Part shown: positions 1 through 12,755 of the stretch, piece by piece
Layout of the letters: every line of letters starts with the position of its first letter
How positions within the stretch are numbered: position 1 is the first letter of the stretch
NCBI GenBank assembly: GCA_051362555.1
Contig: CM120640.1
Location: forward strand, 23,422,225-23,486,224
From: Lingula anatina
Lineage: Eukaryota; Animalia; Brachiopoda
Length of the DNA: 64,000 bases
Direction: 5' to 3'
The notes under the pieces: generated by a model
Databases searched by the model: none
What the model saw: the letters and a program-made list of their open reading frames with translations, nothing else
Told to the model about the DNA's origin: nothing
Position numbers and translations under genes: made by a program

Positions 1-208
1 TAGGTACATTGTTAACACAGACAACTGCATTTTTGAAAAACATTGTTATTTGATACTTAAGTGAGTTTGCAGAGAATAAAATAGCAAATGGCACAATTAG
101 CCTTACTTTCCATGCCGGTATCTATATATTAAAACCACATACATTTTGCAACAATAGATATGTATTAGGAAGATGCATTTAAAGTACAATAAGCAAACTA
201 TATATATG

Positions 209-408
209 GATGACAAATGGATATTTCCTGTCAAAATTCAAGTTACAGGCATCATAAATAAAGCAACTTTTCCATGTATGTACTATAAAGCATTCTGCCA
301 TATATATATATGTATATGGCAGAATGCTTTATAGTACATACATGGAAAAGTTGCTTTATTTATGATGCCTGTAACTTGAATTTTGACAGGAAATATCCAT
401 TTGTCATC
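209..408. repeat. 200-bp near-perfect palindrome (foldback inverted duplication) centred on a TA tract
   Basis: 209-308 is the reverse complement of 309-408 (gatgacaaatggatatttcc...ctgccatata / tatatggcag...ggaaatatccatttgtcatc), with a single T:G mismatch at 305/312. Confidence 0.9.
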
Positions 409-1397
409 GAGACACTGAGATGAAATATTGATTTGTTTGGTGCCTCATCTCAGTGCAATCTGTGCCGAAAAGATCCATGGCACTTGCAGGGAAGAAATGT
501 AATCTCATGTAATCTGTGGAATGAATGAGAGCACAGATTGATTTTTTTACGCACTCTGTATACAGTAGTTAAGTATAGGCTGTTGGGCAGCGGATGTTGT
601 TAAGCTATTTTTGGGCAATGAATTGTTCAGTTTCTTGAGTGCTATTGCTAGTGGGCCCAATGCCACAGCCAGGAATACCACCACAAACTTGTTTTTCATT
701 AAGTCACATTCAGCTCTGATATTTTCTAGTTTCAATTTTTTTAAGCACTGTCTACCCAAATTAAGTTTTTGCTAATTTACTTTAAATTGTTACAACCATA
801 ATGGTTCATTGTTATGATATGTACCTCTCCTTGCAGTATCCTGAGATCTTTTACATATGTCATGTGGGATACATGTAGAAGTAGTTTGAGGATCGATGCA
901 TCTGTACTTTCATATTAAGATTTTGATTGTGGAAGCACCAAAAGGGCTTCTGCATCTTGTAAGGACTGAGAATGTATTTATTAGGGTGTTGTAGTTTTTT
1001 TCCTACATTCAGTAGGTAGTGGGTCATACATAAACATTGCAGTTATTTGTTTGAAACACTGAATTTGTCACACTGAAGTGTAATGATAATTATCTGTGAT
1101 AAAATAAACATTAGGGTTAGCCTTATTACTGTCAGACGGCTTGTAGAGATAACTTGGACGAGCTCTTGCATGTGCCATTACCACTGTTGAAGTATATAAG
1201 TATGCAGTATACCTTGAAACACAATTTATAATCACTTTTTAATAGGTGTGGTCTTTTTAATGGTAAGTCTTTAGTTGTTCCTTTATTCTTTTTTTTCTCA
1301 AACATGCAGTAAAAATGCTTTTGACTCACAAATTTTAGAATGTTTTTTAAGGTAAAGGCCAGGCACTCCCGAGGTGAGAACATTTCCACCATGGCAC

Positions 1398-1398
<1 letters not shown>

Positions 1399-1460
<62 letters not shown>
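1399..1460. repeat. (GT)n microsatellite
   Basis: About 30 uninterrupted GT units. Confidence 0.95.
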
Positions 1461-1463
<3 letters not shown>

Positions 1464-2072
1464 TAAGGGGGGGGGTTTAAACAAACATCTTTTAAGATTA
1501 AAAAATCTTTTTAGTTAGGCAATGGTGTATATATGGATCTACAGCTGAACTCGGTGTGCTCAGTTGTGAGGCATGAAACCTGTTTCACTATGAGTGCAGA
1601 GAATATTAGATTAGATGGAAAAAAGGGAAAAAACAACTGCACATACTTAGTAAACAGTCTGTTCTGATCATATGTCACATAATCCTGTTTCACCAGTGTA
1701 TATGCGTTTTTACCACCAAATGGTGTCAGATCATCTTTCTCTAATGTTTTCTAATGGTACACAATAAAAGTCGTCGATTCAAAAGGAACTATATTGGAAA
1801 AAGGCATACCTGTATCACTGTATTACACACTGAATCTGATTGGCATACTTGTGACTAAGACCAGCTGTATTGTCATTTTTATTGTTTAAAAGGTACACAT
1901 TTGGTCCTGTAGTTGCCTTACAAAAAAAAAAAAAAGTGATAATATTAATAATAAAAATGATAATAATGACAATAATTATCATCCTCGTTCCTATTTCTAT
2001 TTCAGATAAAACAACGTAAATCAATAAAAGATGAAGTAAGACACAGATGAGATACTTGAAGAAAATCTGAAA

Positions 2073-5000
2073 ATGATAGATCAACAGCAGTCACACCATG
2101 AAGTGGTGAAATGTGTGGTCGTTGGAGACACAGGAACGGGGAAGACACGCTTGATCTGTGCTCGTGCATGCGGGACGAGTTACTCCTTACCGCACCTGAT
2201 GCACACACATGTGCCCACGGTTTGGGCTATTGATCACTACAGGCACGATTTGGAGGTATTATGAGTGCATGTGCAAAACTATTTGCAGACCAGCATGAAT
2301 GCAGGTGTATGAATATGCATCTATTGATACCTAACTGAAAAAAGGGAAATATTAAGAGTTATGTTTGGTAGCCATTAAGTTAACTAAAATATGCAGATCT
2401 GTATTTGTAGTACTAAAACACCAAAAACATTTATCGTCGCCAGAGCTAGCTCTAGGATTTTGACCTTATTGCTGATAACAAATATTTGTCTTAATCTTAT
2501 AAAGATAATGTCACCCAGCTTAAGATATATTGACCTCAAAGGTAGAGTGCAAGCATATGAATACCAGGTCACTTACATGTAGCTTCTTAAAGATCCACAA
2601 ATGCATATTTACAAATTAAGTTTCAGTTCTGCTTGTATTTTGTCCCACAGTGTACAAAATTGTGCAATATATGTAATATAAAAAGAGCTAGGACATAAAT
2701 AACATAAATTGTAACCCTACATATACTGCAAACTTTTTTTGTGAACAATTAATAGACAGATAATTTACATTTAAAGGATAATAGTAGGTTTGATTTCATT
2801 CTGCATCCTCTGAGTGCTATGCAGCAATTGAAAGCAGCAGACAATTTTAAGTTTCCTTGCAGAAACATTTTTTAAGAGAGTCATTCATGTATGTCATATT
2901 AATCTGAAGTTGTTGCATTTTCATGAGTGGAAATTTGGTATAAAATTTTGGGAAAAAATGTACATATTTACTGATTATTTTTTTATATTGCTAAAGGTCC
3001 TGGAGCGTTCCTACTGCAGTGTGGACAAGGTGGATGTGTCACTAAGACTTTGGGACACATTTGGTTATCATGGAAAGGACAGAAGATTTGCATATGGAAG
3101 GTAATTGGATACATACGTACATATTGAATACATACAAGTAGATATACATGGTTTTATAGAGGAAATACTAAATAATACTAGTCATTATAGCCTGACAGCA
3201 TGTTTCTTATCCAACAGTGGAAAGGCTCAGCATGTGTGATTTCTTTGGGAAAAAACATTTAAAAAATCCTCTTTTAACAGTTTTCTAGTACTAGTACCTA
3301 CACCCAACATTCTATAGATGGCCAAACTCAGAAACATTCTACATACCATTGAAGATGATGCAAAATTCTAATGCATGGTAGAGGTCCTTTCGTTATGCAT
3401 TTTCTAAGTCATTTGAATTTGGTGAACACAGTCTTATTCTATTTCTTTATTACAGAGCTGATGTGGTTCTTCTGTGCTTCTCAGTTGTACGACCAAAAAC
3501 CTATTACAATCTGGTCAGTGTGTGGTATCCAGAAATACAGGAGTTTTGCCCCGATACCCCTATAGTGCTGGTAGGCTGTCAGGTGGACCTCAGACATCTG
3601 TACATGGACAAAGACTTCATTAAGATGGACAAAGGGCCTTTTTTCAAGTAAGAAAACATGTAAATGATAAGTTTTTTTTTCCATTGGTGCATTTTTTGCT
3701 TAGTGAAAATTATGGTAAGGGCTGTAACCAGGGTGGGGTCTTTTTCAGAAAAAGTGTACCTTTTTACGTACCAAAAAAAACCCATGTGTTCATACATTCT
3801 ACTAGTATATCAAATTTTGATTCAAGCACACCTTTCCCCGACTAAAAGGGCAGAAAGTTCAAATCTGCCAAACCTCCCTGCCAACTAGCCTGATGGTTGA
3901 ATAATATTGAACTTTTATAAACCAGAATTAGTACAAAAAGGATGCAATTAAATATCCTGCCATTTTTATTTTAATGACCCCATTCATTGAATACATTATA
4001 CTAGTACAAAAATAATGCATGTCCCTTGCAGGCCAATTCTAGAAGAAGACATACTGACTCCAAAAGATGGACGCAAAGTAGCAAAGAAAATTGGTGCTTA
4101 TTACTATGAAAGTAGTGTTTATAGTAGATATGGAGTTGAAGAAGTCTTCACGAATGCTGTCAGAGCTGCACTTTACCACAAACGCCAGAAGAAATTCTGG
4201 AAGACTCAGTTGAGAGGAATAAAACCACCGTTATGCCAGGAACCATATTTGCCTCCAATGCCCAAACCACCGCCAGTACAAGTGCCCGAGATGCTGAAGT
4301 CTTTTGATCTGTCTGGTTTGCTCTCTAGCAAGGCATTCAGTGATATTACTCTACAGACTGGTGATGTCTGTATTCAGGCTCATAGAGTTTGCTTGCTGAC
4401 TGCATCGCATGTATTTTGTGATCTCCTTATTCATAACATTGGACAACGGGTGGAAAACCAATGCGAAACCCCCACCAATGGTGCCACTACATGTTGCACT
4501 TCTGCTAGGACTGCTGATGCTTCAGAAAGACTGCTTCCCCTCACTGATAGTGACAACAGCTCAATGGAAGTGGAAACAAGCCAGGATGAGACAAGTACCA
4601 TTGCTTTAAATCACCCTGCGTTTTTATCTATTCAGCGGAGAAGTTCGGAGGGAGAAATCTTACTTATTCTCAATAGTGATATAACTCCAGCTGCTCTACA
4701 GTATGTGCTCCACTACCTGTACACTGGGAGAGCCTTGGAGAACCACACTGTGCTTGCTGAGGCCAAATGTGCAGCTCAACTGCTGCAATTGACTGATCTT
4801 GTCACCATGATCACAAACATTGAGAATAGGGATCAGATTTTGAACAAAGAGTTTGAGGAAGCTTTCTTCAAACAGAGGTGCTTTCAACTAAAAAAGTTGG
4901 TTCTGGATACAGGGCTCTTTGCAGGTGAATAATTTAATGCCAGTGATGTGATGTTTTCAGGTATATATATTAGAACCATGCAGTCTCCATCATTTGGAAA

Positions 5001-7046
5001 ACAAATTATTATTTTGAATAATGCAGTCACTGATAAACTTTTTTAAGTGGAAGTAAGCTTTTAAGAGTTGGTTTTTTATGTTTTGAAAAAAAATGCTACC
5101 ATTTGATACAGTTTCAACATTTTGTCTACTGAAGTTTTCAAAAAGTAGTAGTATTTTTCAAATTCTAAAATATTCTTTTCCATTCATCCAGATGTCCATT
5201 TCCAAGTAGATGATGGATTAGTTCCAGCCCACAAGGCCTTACTTGTCAGTAGCTGTGACCCCATGCTTGCCATGTTCAGTGACAACTTCAAGGAGAGTGC
5301 TGCAAAAGTGGTAAGTTTCTATATGGCTTACATGTACAAGTAGTTATTAAATACATTGGCCAAAGTGGTTATCTTTAAATTAAAATCTATAAGAAGTTGA
5401 AAATATCATATTCATGGTCACAATTAATTAGGTTTTTGATATATTCATTTTGCTTGGGTGGTGAAAGGCCTCGATTGAAAAAAAAATTTTCCCCTTTTTT
5501 TTTTACTGATACTTCAAAACTGATAACTATTTGTCAACAGACAATGTAAAACAATTCATCTGTGTATTGCTTCTCAGGTTTGTTTCCCTGGTATGACAGG
5601 GGACACATTCAAAACCCTCCAACACTACTTGTACACTGGTCAGATGCCTGACAGCCTGTACAATGTGGACCCCATTGACCTTATTGCTGTGGCAAACCGT
5701 CTTTGTCTTCCCCACTTGGTGTCCCACGTGGAGCTCGAGGTGATCAAAGAGTTCACAGCCAGTGCTGAGGTGGGGGAGGACATCAACAGGGATGTTATGA
5801 ACCTTCTTGTCATGGCTGAGGTAAAAGATTTCCATCTGAAGTTCATTATGTGTTAAATTGTGTACATAGGCTACATATGTAATGTTTTATTAATAGTTTT
5901 CTTTATATTTTCACAAAATTTATAATAAACTTTCCTCAACTGTTTTTCACATTTAAAACATACACATTGTTAGGAACTCAACAGGAAAGGTGCGACCATT
6001 GTCTTTTTGAAGATTTGCTTGTGTTCTCCATTAAATAACAATTGTATGAAATGTTGAAATAGTATTTCCTAATTTTCAGCTCCACAATGCCCACCAACTT
6101 ACAGAGTGGTGCCTCTACTGGCTCACAGTGCAATATTCCACAGTGTTCAGAAAGCACCAAAGGCAATTCAAGACTTTGCCCACAGAGATGCAGACTTACT
6201 TAACAAAGCACAGGTGGCCACCACTTTGGTATGTGTTTTTTCATGATATTGTGTTTTCACACACTCGGACTGAAACTGACCTTAAAGGTACATGGTCATA
6301 AACAGTTTGAGTTCAGATATTGAGTTGGGACATACTGTCAGATTGTACAAACCCCAAGTTAAGTAGACATTGGTCACCTTGAAATTTGAATTATCTTTAA
6401 CTTATGAAATAATTTTCTTCTTTGGCCATAGCTAAACTTGATAAGCACATTACCTTTTACGGATTATTGGGAGGGTTCAGAACCAGTATATCCGCAGGCT
6501 AACTAGTTGGCAGATCAAATACGGCACGCACTTGCCAATGGATTCCTGCTTTCCATGCGGCCCATCCCAGTAGGACCAGAGCAATCTTGGCAGGGTTTCG
6601 AGTGGATGCCACCATATTTGATCCAGGGACTAGTTAGTCCACAGATCAACTGGTTCTGAATGCCCCTATATTTAGGTACATTGTATCTCAAATTTTCTAG
6701 TCTATAAATTACTGAGTTATGTGGAACCTCCTGTGCTTTTTTCTGATGTGATGCTTCTAGGTCAATAAATATATCTTAGTCTTCTAGTGTGCAATATCTA
6801 GGGTAATACATATTTAATATTCTTTTTTTTTTCTTTTATGAAAGGTACCTTCGTGAAAAATTTTCTCATGAAAAGGCACTAAAAGAAGAAGATAAAGGCC
6901 TAGGGAAGAACAAGATGCCGTATCATTTGAAGAACACTCAGAGAAGCAGCTCAGAATCTGGATGTCTTTGTTTTGCTCTAAGAGGTCACCATCGCAGAGA
7001 GCTGCAAGACAGATCAACTTTTCCACAAGCTTCTTTAGAAGACTGA
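2073..7046 (+). CDS. RhoBTB: Rho-related BTB domain-containing protein (RhoBTB1/2-type), 8 coding exons
   Basis: Exons 2073-2255, 2997-3100, 3456-3647, 4032-4924, 5192-5310, 5578-5820, 6080-6228, 6845-7046; all GT-AG and phase-consistent. Atypical Rho domain ([30 protein letters not shown]), Pro-rich linker ([11 protein letters not shown]), split BTB1 (FSDITL...AHRVCL), BTB2 ([15 protein letters not shown]) and C-terminal [15 protein letters not shown] at 8157-8162. Confidence 0.93.
6471..6666. mobile_element. Degenerate MITE-like insertion in the last RhoBTB intron
   Basis: Imperfect terminal inverted repeats of about 50 bp (gggttcagaaccagt...ctaactagt...gatcaaata vs tatttgatc...actagttag...actggttctgaatgcccc). 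Richer in GC and CpG than the host intron. No clear TSD. Confidence 0.6.
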
Positions 7047-9657
7047 TCAATACAAATGGAGAACTTTTACCATTTCCATTACCCTATGTGGCCCTTGAAA
7101 TAGTACTTTTCAAAACCTTTTTTTTTTTTTCAAAAAAATAAGTGCTGCTTTTTGTACCATACTGTTTAAGGAGGGATGTGTGATTTGGATTTGCAGAAAA
7201 TAGTGGAACTTGAATTACTACATATAAGTAATATGCATACTTTTTAATTCCTTTTTTTTTTTTTTTTTTTTTTTTTTGCAAAATGTAGCCATTATAAGGT
7301 GGTTTTAAGTTAGGTTCAAGCATGCTGATAGTGGAAGTGAGATTTTAATGATCTGAAACTTTGGGTGCATGTTTTAAGCTTGCCTGTGCATTCAACTCTT
7401 ATTGCTTTAGATTATAGCTTGTATTTTCGCAGCATTTTCACAATGATTTTAGTTAACATGTTGAAGGAGTGTTTAAATATTTTGTGTTAGTTAAAACTAT
7501 CAAATATATCGTTTGTTAAAGGTGCTTTTATGCTCTGTTTAAGATTCTGGATGCCACTGCAGAGTTGTTGAATTTTTTTTCAGTTGTGTTTTGGAACTGA
7601 CTGCAGATTGCAGGTTGAATTCTTCACGTTGAAAATGTGATATACATGTAGGGTGCTTAAATGAAAGAATGTTGTTTCATTAGTAAAACCTTTGTAACTA
7701 ATTTAAAATGGTTGAAAAGTATGGAATTTTAATTTTTAAATTAAAATCTTAATTGAAGGTCATTATATATGTTAATATTGGGGTTCGTTCTCTTCCAATG
7801 CTGTACGATGATGATGATAGTGGATAAATGTGTCTTCTATTTATTGGACAGCTGTACAGAAAAATAATCTCACTGTAAACAAATCGATAAATCAACAAAT
7901 CTTACAAACTCATGCTTTTGTGTATGTGTATTTATGTTTGTTTTTACAGACTGCTTCTAAAATGTGGAGTATTAATTGGCAACTGAAAACAGTAGTTTGT
8001 AAAGTTGACAATTATAGAACTGAAGCAGTATTTTGTTATATATTTATAAAGTCACGTTTGTAGTAATCTCTGTTGTACGTAGAACTTTCAGTCTTGTATG
8101 AACTTGGACTGTATTTTGAACTGAACTTTATCAACAGATACACCCTTAGATAAGTTAATAAATTTGTAATACATACGTTTGAGGATTTTTTTTTTTGAAG
8201 GACAGATGGATTTTCTCCAAAACTGTGTATAACTAGTGTTTGTGTGTGTGTAAACAGCATATCGTCTGAACAGCCAGAGATTTTGAGATATGGTACGTGT
8301 GCCCACCTAACCGTTTTCCTCGTTTCATTTTCTACTTCCCTGAGGTGCTTATTTTGGCATCGGATGGACCTCCGTAGCGTTTGCTGGCAAGAAATTGTGC
8401 TTAGTTTTTATTCTTTCGTTTTGTAAAACATCGTCTTTTTCTTTCGAAATGTTGTTTTTATTGAAATTTGTGGTTTTCTTCAAATTCGGTAGGTCCATAG
8501 TATCTTCCTTTTTTACTTTGAAACCATTATCCAACAACATTTCTGAGATACGTGCAGATGGTGAGAATCGTGTTAACATTGGCAGACTCTGTAAGGAAGG
8601 TACGGGTATAATGAATAACAGAAGTAGTTTGTTACGGATAATTGGTAGAACCGAGTATCCTTTTCTCGGGACACATGTTTTTGGGAGATTGTTTTTTCAC
8701 AAACCTGAGTACGATTAGTTTCAAACAGCGCGAACCCATTCTTGTGATATGCAAAAGCGTCTTCAAAAACTGGAGTGCACTGCCAATACAAATGAAGCCG
8801 TGCACAAGGCAAGGAACTCTCAGAAAAACGCTTTTAGTTAGCCGCTATATGACTACACAATTGTAACTTCGAGCCGCCGACATTATATGCCCAAAGAGGT
8901 ATTGTATGCTACAGTATATATGTAGCGAGTAATTTATGTGATTAATCAACATCGAGTAACAAGAACCGTTTAAAATATTCTGTGTGTGTACCACAAAGTT
9001 TTTCCAGTATCAATGTAGCCATAATATCGCGGGCGTCTTACTAGCGATTTTTAACGTTTTGACCGTAAAATGTGGGAGATTAATCAAAGCGAAATTCACT
9101 TCTATGATTGACGCAACTTTTTTTTTATTTTTCCTAGTTGCTTTTAAATAATCAAGGGAGTCCACGAATTGCATGTCATTAAATGCATTTATTCACGGAC
9201 AATGTAAGTCAATAACTACGAAAGATTGATATCTTTTCAGTTAAATCTTTTCAGCTTTGTTATTACCGTTTATTCCAATAATGCGATTAAAGATCAAAGA
9301 AGAATCCCTTTAATTTTTTGCTTATGATAACGTCTAGAAGTTTTTTCAATATCACATTTTTATCAAATTACCACAAGTGTATCACAGAGAAAGTAAGATT
9401 ACAATTTAAGACAAAAAAAAACAAAGTCTGTTATTTGGAAATATCAACATCGACATGCATTAGCTACTGAAAGGCTATGCAACAATTTTCCCGCGCAATG
9501 CGCGGTCGTCAAAGCCATCGATGCTTCGTCTTGATAATGTCTCAAACTGCAAATATAGCAGGCGTCATCAGTTCCCTTTTTTTTTCCTCATTGGCCATGG
9601 AAATAAGTCGAAATTCCGAAGGATTTCAATCAAGCAAAGTCAGTATTCACACAGTTT

Positions 9658-11825
9658 CTAAAATTCAATTGCAACCCCCTTTTCACAACGGTAGAATTTG
9701 CGGCACTTTCTGAACAAGTGAGTGTAGATACCATCCGATCGATCACTGCAATCCAGGCTACAACGGGAGTTTCGGTAATAGCTGTCATGCCCCTGCATAA
9801 ACGGAAAAAATAAGCAAAAAGCAGTGTCAATTAATAAATAAGATTGCGTTAAATATATATTTCTTTCTTAAAAGATGTTGTATAATCATGATAATAATAA
9901 TAATAATAAACTTTATTTTAAAGAGGGTAAAACATGTTAAGTGCGCACACTTATCTTACACATGGCCCTAATTTCATAGCATTGAATATACTACTTATCC
10001 TTTTTAGTGATTTAGATAAATGACGATTTACGATGTCGACCATCAAGTTAAATTGAGGCAAATTGAGGATAAACAAGAACGGGAAGGATATAAAAAACGA
10101 AGTTCTAACATAAAGCGCAATTTCTTTTCATCAAAAAAGAGATGGTTGGAAACGGAATGTTTTAATAGATTCCTTCGAGGGATGTGAAAACTCAGATAAG
10201 CTGTTTAACACTGAGAGATTATTGGCAAGATTTCCACCAAATTACTCTCCCATGAAGGCATTGGTCACTTTTTTCCATGGAAAAATTCCTTATTTTCCTT
10301 TTTTTCGTCGGTAAAACATTCCACATCAGATCATACAATCTTTTTGCATGTATTTTTTGTTTGCGCTTCAGTTTACTTAATGAATCAGATTGCCTTAAAA
10401 GTCAATAAAACCCGCGCGTGCAATCAATGCTGTCAACACTAATCTACATTCTTTGAGGTTTGTTATGTAAGCACTGCTTTAACAAAAAACAACAACCTAG
10501 CCAAGCCCAATGATCGTGTTTAATATCAAACTAAAAGCCACAAATTTGCAAAGTAAGAATTTTTACGTAGAAAGTTTGTTGGGAGTGGAAATGGGTTTGG
10601 CGCTACCTTCTACCTACAAATTTTCTTCTCTGAAACACCTTTTTCAAAGACTTCCTGGGATCTTAGACTGCAAAAATGAAGATTTTTTTCAGAAAGGTTG
10701 AAAGACGATACGTATTCGTAGTTGCATGGTATATCATAGTTTTTACTGAAAATATTTGTTGAAATATATATATTTTATGTGCTGGTTAATTGCTAATTGA
10801 ATTTAAATGGAATTGGTGCACCGCTATAATATTTTCAAGCTTCCTTAAAACAAACCCTGATAAATATTCCGTCATGTGCTTGAACCAGCTCTTTAACATA
10901 CTCCATATTAAATCATGCCTCAAAATATCTGAGAAACAATTTCGCTGTTTATTTTTACAAAGAAATGATAAAAGTACATTTTGGCAAAACAAAAATTTTG
11001 CACCACCACTATCCAATAGCCTTTTTTGATTGAAAACTGCTACGTCTTTCAGACAAATAAATCATTTAGTTTTAATTAATTTTTTTTCATAATCTTGAGG
11101 TATTTTAAGCAAAATATAAGTCTACTTTTCATGAGCGTGGAATTTGATTTTGAAGAATTAAAAGAAATTATGATTTTTTCTGGTGCCAATGATTATTGCC
11201 TAACATTTATTGTATTGTGCATTTCCAGATTTTTTCTTTACTAAAGTCAAGTGTTCGTTCATATGCTTTCTTTGCAATGTCAAATCACAAAACAGCGAAT
11301 AGATTTGCATAGCGTTGCAATTTTTGTGCACTGAAAGCAATAATTATAATTCATTAAGTTGGCGGATGCCTCTGAAGCACAAGTATCTGAATGGAATCAA
11401 AATTAATTAAAACAGTACTCCCCACATTTGGTCGCTTTAAGGACTAAAGAGCAATAGGAAACTCACCCCTCTGTCAATATTAGGAAAAGCCACCACTGTA
11501 GACAGCATCACATTCAAAAGGAGTACACCTGCAATGATAAATTACAATAACAGTGATCCTAGCTGCCTCTAAACTTATAAGACTTTCATACGATAATCAG
11601 TTTTATCAATAGTATCATATGTGTTCATAATGTTGGCGTCCTTGTTAGGAAAGATTGACCCTTTTTAGCGGTTTTTCCTTTGTGGCATTGATATCTCAAA
11701 ATATTTATCAATATTCAACTTCACTACAGATGTATTATTTTGTGAAGGCTTAACGAGATCGACATCTGGGAAAACACCAGACACAGCTCTCTCCTACCTG
11801 CCAAATACAACGCTCTCTTCTGCAT
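9658..11825 (-). CDS. Small secreted protein (74 aa) with signal peptide and truncated chitin-binding type 2 (peritrophin-A/CBM14-like) domain; possibly a pseudogene
   Basis: Exons 11825-11798 (MQKRALYLA-G, donor gtagga), 11528-11467 (VLLLNVMLSTVVAFPNIDRG, donor gtgagt) and 9792-9658 (acceptor ttttttccgtttatgcag; GHDSYYRNSRCSLDCSDRSDGIYTHLFRKCRKFYRCEKGVAIEF*). Phases 1 and 0 match. The C-x4-DG-x-Y...C-x2-FY-x-C-x2-G pattern fits the first half of ChtBD2. Confidence 0.65.
9891..9969 (-). mobile_element. 3' tail fragment of a CR1/L2-type LINE
   Basis: Minus strand reads agggccatgtgtaagataag...ttaccctctttaaaataaagtt(tat)n, i.e. a short 3' stem-like region, AATAAA and a microsatellite tail, as in CR1/L2-clade 3' ends. 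Recognised by eye only. Confidence 0.5.
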
Positions 11826-12755
11826 GTTAGTATAGTAAGCCCGGTGGTCGTAGCTGAACGCTCTTCAAGTAAATGTCCTCCTGAAATCAGGACCGGCGCC
11901 TTTTAAGTGCTTGTAATCCTGCCAACTTTGTTTTTGTACAAGCGAATTAAACGTGAAACAAATTCTGTTAAAACTGCCTTGGCTTATTCGTTGGATAAAT
12001 ATTTCACTTTGAACTTTTTTTTCCGTCGTGGCATAGTTTTCTCATGATCCCGTGCACCCGGTGGCCTCCACCAACAAAAATAGTTTCAATTGTGGAATGA
12101 AAGGTTCCGAGAAAAAAAAAAAACAACGAATCCTGATAAAATAGTGAACTGTTTTGAGATGAACAAAATTCACTTGTACGTGAAGAAATATTGAGGAATT
12201 TATCTATCGGTTGTATTACAAGGAAGCATGTTTTCAATTGATTAACCTAATTTAAACGCATAAGATGTTTCTGCAGCTGAAATCAAACTGAAATTCTTGA
12301 AATCAATTAAAAGGTAACAAAATCTTCATAAATAGAATCATATATGCTTTATTTTGCTCTGTGCTCTACCTCATGGGTAATGCAGAAAATTCTTCGCAAC
12401 TACGATAACTCTTCTCACTCCCTTTACACAACTCCATGTCTGTAATTTGTGCTAGCACCAAGAACGCCGTTCACACTTGATTACACAGGACTACTCTCTT
12501 GTGCATGGGGACAGATTCACTATAAGTACGACATTCTTTTGTGAAAAGGAAAGAAGTTACCCTTATATTATCGTCGTTCCCCTATAATTTTTCATTAGTT
12601 TCTTGACAAGAGGAAAAAGGCATAAAGGCCATTTTAATTAAGATTCACAGAAACTAGGTTTTAACTGGACACGTTATTTCTTATAATATTCAGATAGTAA
12701 CGGGTGTAAAAGAGACTCTTTGGAAATAATGACAATGAGGCCAAGATAGCAATGC

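Noticed and set aside
8349-8866. Overlapping ORFs on both strands after RhoBTB, with a minus-strand acceptor near 8589
   Set aside because: No recognisable domain or consistent exon chain. It could be a decayed 3' part of the chitin-binding gene, but that cannot be supported.
9486-9496. E2F-like TTTTCCCGCGC as a cyclin O regulatory site
   Set aside because: Single short motif about 3.3 kb from the cyclin ATG, beyond another gene; expected by chance.
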